This document shows, in pieces, positions 47,525-53,962 of a DNA stretch of 53,962 nt. This stretch comes from Nitrospirota bacterium (GTDB lineage: Bacteria > Nitrospirota > UBA9217). The DNA lies in the NCBI GenBank assembly GCA_045403145.1, contig JAXIPA010000102.1, positions 1 to 53,962 of the forward strand, in the 5' to 3' direction. Numbering within the stretch: the first letter of the stretch is position 1; every line of letters starts with the position of its first letter. Under the pieces are notes generated by a model that was not told the origin of the DNA, searched no databases, and worked only from the letters and a program-made list of their open reading frames with translations. The position numbers and the translations under genes are program-made.

Positions 47525-48034
47525 TTATTGCAAAAGTTTTCCCGCGATTGCCTTCAACTCCGCGGCATCCTTGAGCTCTCCGAAAATCATGTCCTTCACT
47601 TTGCCGTCAGCACCGATAAAAAACGTCGTGGGCAGGAACCTGACGCCGTATTTCTCGCCGACCTTGCCGTACCGGTCGCTGAGAACGAGGGGTTTGGTGA
47701 CCTCCAGTTCCTTGAGGAGTTCTCCGATCTGATCGAAATCCTCTTTAAACCCAACAATAACCACTTTAATGCCCTTCCCTGCCAGTTCGTCAGTCAGGGA
47801 GTTGATTAGCGGAAGTTCATTCCTGCACGGTACACACCAGGAGGCGAAAAAACTCAGGATAACGCCCTTGCCCTGTTCCCCGCTCTGCGCGCCCACGGCA
47901 TTGCCTAAATAAAAATCTTTTCCCTCGTCATCGCGGAGGGAAAAGGTCGGCGCGGGGTCATTCAGTTTAAGAGCGGCAGAGGCTGCTGACGCAAGCAGGA
48001 AATGCAGCAATATCATGAGAATTATTTTTTTCAT
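47525..48034 (-). CDS. TlpA-family disulfide reductase
   Basis: Signal peptide; FFASWCVPC and LPTTFFIG motifs. Confidence 0.9.
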   Translation of the reverse strand: MKKIILMILLHFLLASAASAALKLNDPAPTFSLRDDEGKDFYLGNAVGAQSGEQGKGVILSFFASWCVPCRNELPLINSLTDELAGKGIKVVIVGFKEDFDQIGELLKELEVTKPLVLSDRYGKVGEKYGVRFLPTTFFIGADGKVKDMIFGELKDAAELKAIAGKLLQ

Positions 48035-48050
48035 TTAATAACCCTATGCT

Positions 48051-48122
48051 GTCATCCCCGAAAGCTCTTATCGGGGATACGGTTTAAAACCTGGATTCCC
48101 GATAAAACATTTCGGGAATGAC
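48051..48122. repeat. REP-like palindromic element
   Basis: Close copy of the 44316 element. Confidence 0.8.
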
Positions 48123-48155
48123 GATTGTGGACCCTATTATTAAGCCATATTCCCG

Positions 48156-49283
48156 TCATAGTATGACGAGATCGTCCCGATGGATCACCTCATCGTAATC
48201 CTTGTGCCCGAGCACGGAGGCGATCTGCGACGTTTTGAGACCCTTGATCCGGTCCAGATCCATCGACGAATACTTGGAGAGCCCGCGCGCGAAAACGCTC
48301 CCGTCGAGCCCGGCACAGACCACACAGTCACCGATCTTGAAATTCCCCTCGACCTTCAACACGCCGCCGGGAAGAAGGCTCCTGCCTTTTTGCAGGAGTG
48401 CGTCCCGCGCTCCGTTGTCGACCACAAGCCGGCCGCTGGAGCAGGCAGTATAGGCGATCCAGTGCTTCCTGCTCTCCCGTTTCTCGGGACGGGGCAGGAA
48501 CAGCGTGCCGACCTCACTGCCTTCGAAAAGCGCCGGGAGCACGCCGTTTTTCTTCCCATTCACGATCACCATGGGCGCGCCGATGGCGCCGACCTTCTTC
48601 GCTGTCATGAGCTTGGAGCGCATGCCGCCCGTTCCCACCGGCGTCTGCGCGTCTCCCGCCCCGCGCTCCAATTCAGCGGTGATCTTTTCAACGAGCGGGA
48701 TCAGTTTCGCCGAGGGGTCGATCTTTGGATCGGCAGTGTACAGGCCGTCGATGTCGGACAGGATCACGAGCAGGTCCGCGTCGGCCAGGTGCACCACCAT
48801 GCCCGAGAGGTTGTCGTTATCGCCGAACTTGATCTCGTCCACGGAGACCGTGTCGTTCTCATTGATGATGGGGATAACGCCGTAGTCCAGGAGCGTCTGG
48901 AGAGTGTTTCGCGCATTCAGAAACCGCGTCCGGTTCGAAAGGTCCTCGCGAGTGAGCAGGACCTGCGCCACCTTCAGGCCGTGTGCCGCGAAGGACTTTT
49001 CATAGGCCCACATGAGGCTTGACTGGCCGATGGCGGCCGCCGCCTGCTTGAGCGACAGGGGCATGGCCTTTATCTTCTTCAGTCCGAGTTTCGCCATCCC
49101 CGCCGCGATGGCGCCGGACGATACGAGCATGACTTCCCGGCCCTGGCTCACGATCGATGAGATGTCCGACGCAAGCCGTTCGATGCGGCCCTGGTCAAGC
49201 CCCTGCCCGGAATTCGTAAGCACCGCGCTGCCTACCTTGATCACGACGCGGCGGGACCTGGAAAAGATCGTTTTTCTGGTCAT
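48156..49283 (-). CDS. proB: Glutamate 5-kinase
   Basis: VIKVGS, VSSGAIAAG, INENDTV, FGDND and GTGGM motifs, plus a PUA domain. Confidence 0.97.
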   Translation of the reverse strand: MTRKTIFSRSRRVVIKVGSAVLTNSGQGLDQGRIERLASDISSIVSQGREVMLVSSGAIAAGMAKLGLKKIKAMPLSLKQAAAAIGQSSLMWAYEKSFAAHGLKVAQVLLTREDLSNRTRFLNARNTLQTLLDYGVIPIINENDTVSVDEIKFGDNDNLSGMVVHLADADLLVILSDIDGLYTADPKIDPSAKLIPLVEKITAELERGAGDAQTPVGTGGMRSKLMTAKKVGAIGAPMVIVNGKKNGVLPALFEGSEVGTLFLPRPEKRESRKHWIAYTACSSGRLVVDNGARDALLQKGRSLLPGGVLKVEGNFKIGDCVVCAGLDGSVFARGLSKYSSMDLDRIKGLKTSQIASVLGHKDYDEVIHRDDLVIL

Positions 49284-49329
49284 CTGGATATTCTTCCTAG
49301 CGCGGCCCCCAGCCGCGACCGAAAAAACA

Positions 49330-49432
49330 GTCATCCCCGAATCTTCCCCTCGAATGCTCTAATCGGGGGATTCTATCGGAGGTCCGGCACTCACCCAAAA
49401 ACCATATTCCCGCTAAAAGATCCGGGAATGAC
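49330..49432. repeat. REP-like palindromic element with internal insertion
   Basis: GTCATCCCCGA...ATTCCCG...CGGGAATGAC. Confidence 0.7.
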
Positions 49433-49455
49433 AACAAATATGGATGTCGGGACAG

Positions 49456-50520
49456 CTACTCCTGACTTCTGGCTCCTGACTCCTGGTTTCTTGCCTCTTG
49501 CCCCTGATCCCCCGCACCCTTCCCTTCCTCCACCTTGTCCACGAGAAAATTGAGGAGCGGACCCAAACCCGCGCCGGTCACGGCGGAGATGGGAAAAAAC
49601 CGGTGGCCGTTCTCGCGGCAGTACGCGGCCAGCTCATCCAGCTGTGCCGGGTCCGCGGCATCGATCTTGGTCGCCGCGACAGCCATGTACTTCTTCAATA
49701 ACGATTCACTGTAGAGTTCAAGCTCTGTATTTATCTTTTTGAAGTTGTCCACCGGGTCTCCGGGCACCATGCCCGACACGTCCACCAGGTGAAGAAGGAT
49801 GGAGGTGCGCTCCACGTGGCGAAGGAATTCAAAGCCCAGGCCCGCGCCCTTGTGCGCGTTTTCGATCAGACCGGGGATGTCGGCGACAACGATACTCCTC
49901 CGTCCTTCAGGCTTGACGACTCCCAGCACGGGAGACAGCGTGGTAAAGGGATAGTCCGCGATCTTCGGCTTTGCCGCCGAGATGCGCGAGATGAGTGTGG
50001 ATTTTCCCGCGTTCGGGAAGCCCACCAGTCCCACGTCGGCCAGAAGTTTGAGCTCCAGATACAGCCACTGTTCCTCGCCGTCCTCCCCGGGCTGGGCATG
50101 CCGGGGCGCCTGATTTGTCGCGGACTTGAAGAAGGCGTTCCCTTTGCCCCCCCTGCCGCCCAGGGCGATGAAGTATTGCTGGCCGTCGGTGTTCATGTCC
50201 ACGATCATCGTGCGCGTCTCGACATCGTTCACGATCGTGCCCACGGGAACGCGGATTATGGTATCCTCGCCGTCAGCGCCGGACGACTGTTTGCCGCGGC
50301 CCTGCTTGCCTTTATCGGCATAGTAATGCTGCTGGTACTTGAGGTCGATCAGCGTGCCGAGCTGCTTGTCGGCCACGAGGATCACGTCGCCGCCCTTGCC
50401 GCCGTTGCCGCCATCCGGGCCGCCTTTGGGGACGTAGGCCTCGCGCCGAAAGCTCACGCACCCGGGTCCGCCATGACCGGCTTTTACATAGATTTTGACC
50501 CTATCGATGAAGTTGGACAT
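49456..50520 (-). CDS. obgE: GTPase ObgE/CgtA
   Basis: GGPDGGNGG, GFPNAGKST, YPFTT and DIPGLIE motifs. Confidence 0.97.
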   Translation of the reverse strand: MSNFIDRVKIYVKAGHGGPGCVSFRREAYVPKGGPDGGNGGKGGDVILVADKQLGTLIDLKYQQHYYADKGKQGRGKQSSGADGEDTIIRVPVGTIVNDVETRTMIVDMNTDGQQYFIALGGRGGKGNAFFKSATNQAPRHAQPGEDGEEQWLYLELKLLADVGLVGFPNAGKSTLISRISAAKPKIADYPFTTLSPVLGVVKPEGRRSIVVADIPGLIENAHKGAGLGFEFLRHVERTSILLHLVDVSGMVPGDPVDNFKKINTELELYSESLLKKYMAVAATKIDAADPAQLDELAAYCRENGHRFFPISAVTGAGLGPLLNFLVDKVEEGKGAGDQGQEARNQESGARSQE

Positions 50521-50640
50521 GTGCTCTGCAAGTCTCCCTTGTATGCCTGATTCTCACCTCATGAAAGGGAGATTTGAACAATGTTTTCAATGAAATATAC
50601 AGTGATAGCGCAGAAAATGCAAGCCAGGAATTTTTCTTAC

Positions 50641-50674
50641 AAAAAAAAGCGGCATAGAGTTCTATGCCGCTTTT
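50641..50674 (-). terminator. Terminator after rpmA
   Basis: AAAAGCGGCATAG-AGTT-CTATGCCGCTTTT. Confidence 0.85.
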
Positions 50675-50700
50675 CCGGGTAGATCCTGTTTGCGAACCGT

Positions 50701-50964
50701 TTATGCCACCGCCACCGCGTACACGCTCACCTGCTTGCGGGTCTTGTCGTAGCGCTCGAACTTGACAACGCCGTTGATCTTGGCAAAGAGCGTGTCATCG
50801 CAGCCCTTGCCCACGTTCGTGCCCGGGTGGATCTTGGTCCCGCGCTGGCGCATGATGATCGTTCCCGCGCTCACCTTCTCGCCGTCGTACCGCTTCACGC
50901 CGAGGTACTGCGGATTGCTGTCTCTGCCGTTCCTTGAACTGCCGACGCCTTTTTTATGAGCCAT
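50701..50964 (-). CDS. rpmA: 50S ribosomal protein L27
   Basis: [16 protein letters not shown]. Confidence 0.98.
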   Translation of the reverse strand: MAHKKGVGSSRNGRDSNPQYLGVKRYDGEKVSAGTIIMRQRGTKIHPGTNVGKGCDDTLFAKINGVVKFERYDKTRKQVSVYAVAVA

Positions 50965-51054
50965 TTTAAATCCTCCAAAATGTTTCTACCACTTAAGACA
51001 CCAAGACACGAAGAACTTCTTAATTTTTTCTTGATGACTTTGTGGTGAATATTT

Positions 51055-51366
51055 CTAAGCGATGATCTCTTTCACCTTGATCGACGTATAATTCTGGCGG
51101 TGACCGTTGGTATTGCGGTAACCCTTGCGGCGCCGGTGTTTGAAGATGATGATCTTCTCGCCCCTGCCGTCTCCCAGCACCTCTGCCGTGACCTTTGCTG
51201 TCTCGAGCTTGGGCTTGCCGACCGACACCTTGTCGCCGTCTGCGATCATGTAGACGTCCTTTATCTCGATCATATCGCCCTTCTTGGCATCAAGGGTCTC
51301 CACCCTGACCACATCGCCTGGAGCGACCTTGTACTGTTTACCGCCGGTATTGATGACTGCGTACAT
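51055..51366 (-). CDS. rplU: 50S ribosomal protein L21
   Basis: MYAVINTGGKQYKV...GHRQ. Confidence 0.98.
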   Translation of the reverse strand: MYAVINTGGKQYKVAPGDVVRVETLDAKKGDMIEIKDVYMIADGDKVSVGKPKLETAKVTAEVLGDGRGEKIIIFKHRRRKGYRNTNGHRQNYTSIKVKEIIA

Positions 51367-51485
51367 TTCTGAAACCTCCCTGAAAAATCGAACAACTCTC
51401 TTGCGAAGAGCGAATAAATTACCACGTAACCTGTGGACTTGTCAAGGGAAAAAATAGAGATAGATGCCCGAAGGGTTCGGCGCCC

Positions 51486-52553
51486 CTACGGTTGATTTAT
51501 CTCTTCGTACTTACGTGTCCTGTTCCTCCCGCCCGTCTTTGCGGCATAGAGGGCCTTGTCGGCTTTAGCGAGGACCTCGGCCGTGGTTTTTGCATTATCG
51601 GGATAAGTACAGAGACCGCCGCTGATCGTGATCCTGAGCGGGCCCTGGGCAATGCCGGCAAACTCCGTCTCCTCGATCTTTTTTCGAATGCGCTCGGCCA
51701 TTTCCAGCTCCGCCCCCCTGCTGTCCGGCATGAGAATCACGAATTCCTCGCCGCCGTAGCGTGCCACCGTGTCCATCCCGCGTGCGTTCGTCGCAAGGAT
51801 CCCGGCAACGGCCTTTAACAGGACGTTCCCTTTTTCATGACCGTACGTGTCGTTCACTTGCTTGAAGCGGTCGAGGTCGAAAATGATGATGGAAAAATGC
51901 GAGTTGTTCCGGTCGGCCCGGTACTGTTCGTGCTTCAACCTGTCGATGAAGTAGGCGTAATTGTGGAGCCCGGTGAGATAGTCCGTAATTGAAGCCATGC
52001 GGAAGTCCGACATGACCTTCATGGTGAACCGTTCTCCCAGGGAAAATATGGCCCCATAGAGCGACGCCGCAACCAGCGAACTCAGCCCCAGGAGAAGCCG
52101 GTTGATGGCATCAGGGCCGGAGTTGCCCATATCGCGATGGACGAGATAGACGTAGAACCCCGCCATGGGGATCAGGAGCAGGAGAGATTGCCTCAATCCG
52201 AAACGGATGCCCGTCGCAAAGAGGGTCAGATACCAGATGAAGAGAAAGGGGCTTGTCACACCTCCGGTGTACGACAATCCAACGGCAACAGCCAGCATGT
52301 CGAGATACAGAAAAAGAAGAGTCAGTTTGACCGAAAAAAATTTCGCGTTTCTGATGTAAAGACTGATCCCGAGATTGTAGAAAGCGGCGAGCACAAGGAG
52401 TGAGTTGAAAAGTCCGCGGGGCCAGTCCGTCAACCCCGGGATATTAAGATAGAGCAGCAGGAACCCGATGACGAACCACCGGGACTTCGTGATCCAGCGC
52501 TCCGTGTTCAAATAATTCTGGGCTTTCACATACTCAATAAAGGGGTCGGCCAT
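51486..52553 (-). CDS. Membrane-bound diguanylate cyclase
   Basis: N-terminal TM helices; DLDRFKQVND, RGMD I-site and RYGGEEF. The start codon is uncertain. Confidence 0.92.
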   Translation of the reverse strand: MADPFIEYVKAQNYLNTERWITKSRWFVIGFLLLYLNIPGLTDWPRGLFNSLLVLAAFYNLGISLYIRNAKFFSVKLTLLFLYLDMLAVAVGLSYTGGVTSPFLFIWYLTLFATGIRFGLRQSLLLLIPMAGFYVYLVHRDMGNSGPDAINRLLLGLSSLVAASLYGAIFSLGERFTMKVMSDFRMASITDYLTGLHNYAYFIDRLKHEQYRADRNNSHFSIIIFDLDRFKQVNDTYGHEKGNVLLKAVAGILATNARGMDTVARYGGEEFVILMPDSRGAELEMAERIRKKIEETEFAGIAQGPLRITISGGLCTYPDNAKTTAEVLAKADKALYAAKTGGRNRTRKYEEINQP

Positions 52554-52740
52554 GGGTCGGATATGCCTTCCTAATATACTGCTGCAAGTCGAGTTCTGTA
52601 GCTCACAATCGAAATGGTTATCATTCCGGATCAAGTGCAGAAGCAGTTACCGTTAGTTTATCAAGGCGGAAGGGACAAAGTCAAACATTAAAGACCCTGT
52701 GAAGTTCGACGGGGAGACGTTCCTCCCGCCCCGAGCGTCA

Positions 52741-52756
52741 TATGACGCCAATCATA
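52741..52756 (+). promoter_or_regulatory. Crp/Fnr-family-like palindrome TATGA-N6-TCATA
   Basis: TATGACGCCAATCATA; a second copy lies at 53223. Confidence 0.55.
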
Positions 52757-52878
52757 GGATTCCTGCTACTCTTATAGTATCGTATCTGCATTGAAACACC
52801 ATAAAGTCGATTGTTGAAAACTTGCGGGGCCGGCGGGACACGCTGTACTCCGAATTCTGACTCAAAGGGAGGAATACC

Positions 52879-53193
52879 ATGGAAATACTCGATCTCAAAA
52901 AGCTCATCAAATTCAGTTCTGACAGGATTTCGCGCGAGATGCTCTCCGACAAACCGGAGATGAGGGTCGCGCTCATGTGCCTCGAGGCCGGGCAGAAACT
53001 CGATCCCCACAAGGCGCCGCTCCGGCTCATGATGTACTGCGTGCAGGGAAAAGGCACCTTCACGGTGGGCGACGAGAAGATAGAAGCCGGAGAAAAGACC
53101 TGCATCCTCTGCGACCCCGGCGTCCCTCACGGGTTCGCGGCGGACAAGGGCGAGAAGCTCGTGGTCATGGCAATCGTCACGCCGGTGGATTAG
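52879..53193 (+). CDS. Cupin-domain protein
   Basis: GGGAGG RBS; LEAGQKLDPH...VQGKG...PHGF. Confidence 0.88.
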   Translation: MEILDLKKLIKFSSDRISREMLSDKPEMRVALMCLEAGQKLDPHKAPLRLMMYCVQGKGTFTVGDEKIEAGEKTCILCDPGVPHGFAADKGEKLVVMAIVTPVD

Positions 53194-53222
53194 GCTCGGA
53201 CGGAAACCCTGTTTTAGCACCC

Positions 53223-53238
53223 TATGACCCAAATCATA
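53223..53238 (+). promoter_or_regulatory. Crp/Fnr-family-like palindrome TATGA-N6-TCATA
   Basis: TATGACCCAAATCATA, with TATATT at 53260. Confidence 0.55.
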
Positions 53239-53305
53239 TCCATATTTTGATAAACTCGTTATATTTGCCACAGGTTGGATTGAAAATCCTGTTAAGGAGG
53301 TGCGT

Positions 53306-53962
53306 ATGACTAACAAGGCAGCAAGGAATTTGTTCATTTTTGGCAGTCTCTTCTTTTTCGTGATCTTCCTGGGCCTCACCGTCGACACAATGAACCAGAT
53401 CGACGGAAGGGCCCCGGAGATAACGAAGGAAGTGGACGCCGGCAAGATGGTCTGGCAGAAGTACGACTGTATCGGCTGCCATACCATACTCGGCAACGGG
53501 TCCTACTTCGCGCCCGACATGACCAAGGTCGTGGAGCGCAAGCCCGCAGGATATCTCAAGCAGTTCCTGATGGACCCGCGCGGTGTGAACCCGAAAGCGG
53601 CCATGCCGAAGCTGGGGCTCAACTCGCAGGAAGCGGACGACCTGGTAGCATTCCTCACCTGGATATCGAAGATCGACACGAATGACTGGCCGCCCAAGCC
53701 CATTCTGGCCGCTGCGGCAGGCGTCGCCGGGCAGCCGCAGTCCCGGGGACAGCAGATCTACCAGTCCCAGGGGTGCTCGAACTGCCACAATATCAACGGA
53801 ATCGGCGGCACCAGCGGGCCCAGCCTGACGCGCGTCGGCGCGAGCGGCAAGGATGTGGAATGGCACGTGAAGCATCTGAAGGACCCGCGTTCGGTCGTTC
53901 CCAATTCGGCAATGCCGCCCTACGCCAGCCTGTCCGATGATGACCTTAAGTCGCTGGCTGCG
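53306..53962 (+). CDS. norC: NorC-like nitric oxide reductase cytochrome c subunit with an extra c-type heme domain; 3'-truncated
   Basis: AAGGAGG RBS. My translation reads MTNKAARNLFIFGSLFF...GKMVWQKYDCIGCHTILGNGSYFAPD...DTNDWPP, then a second domain with CSNCH...AMP. Absent from the ORF track because there is no stop in the window. Confidence 0.85.
   Translation, partial: MTNKAARNLFIFGSLFFFVIFLGLTVDTMNQIDGRAPEITKEVDAGKMVWQKYDCIGCHTILGNGSYFAPDMTKVVERKPAGYLKQFLMDPRGVNPKAAMPKLGLNSQEADDLVAFLTWISKIDTNDWPPKPILAAAAGVAGQPQSRGQQIYQSQGCSNCHNINGIGGTSGPSLTRVGASGKDVEWHVKHLKDPRSVVPNSAMPPYASLSDDDLKSLAA

Noticed and set aside
53234-53875. 213-aa minus-strand ORF
   Set aside because: It is the shadow of the plus-strand norC-like gene, which has an RBS and two CxxCH motifs.

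Overview
Bacterial chromosomal window of about 54 kb. The gene content resembles Nitrospirota or Desulfobacterota anaerobes; this is an inference. (1) 1-9.4 kb is accessory: a 5'-truncated Rhs polymorphic toxin with a DUF2380/SitA6-like His-rich tip and an immunity gene, a secreted YD-capped CARDB/RCC1/PKD protein, a secreted tail-fibre-like protein with an intramolecular-chaperone-like C-terminus, and a lipoprotein made of a 363-bp tandem duplication of a circularly permuted CHRD unit. Two candidate structured RNAs flank that lipoprotein. (2) An Rrf2 gene heads an ExtBCD-like porin-multiheme cytochrome operon. (3) A sigma-54 two-component cluster and a chrB-chrA operon follow. (4) An iron cluster contains fur, two feoB, a DtxR/IdeR-like regulator, a PccH-like cytochrome, two feoA, a small Cys-rich ORF and bfr, with three Fur boxes. 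(5) An uncharacterised envelope cluster encodes LPP20-like x2, TPR-SLH, transglutaminase-like, DUF799-DUF4412, CsgG-like and FecR proteins. (6) Housekeeping genes run from comF to rplU, followed by a GGDEF protein, a cupin and a truncated two-heme NorC. Nested GTCAT...ATGAC palindromic repeats and 7-/9-mer arrays fill many spacers. No rRNA, tRNA, CRISPR or transposase was seen. All family assignments come from motif recognition, not database searches.
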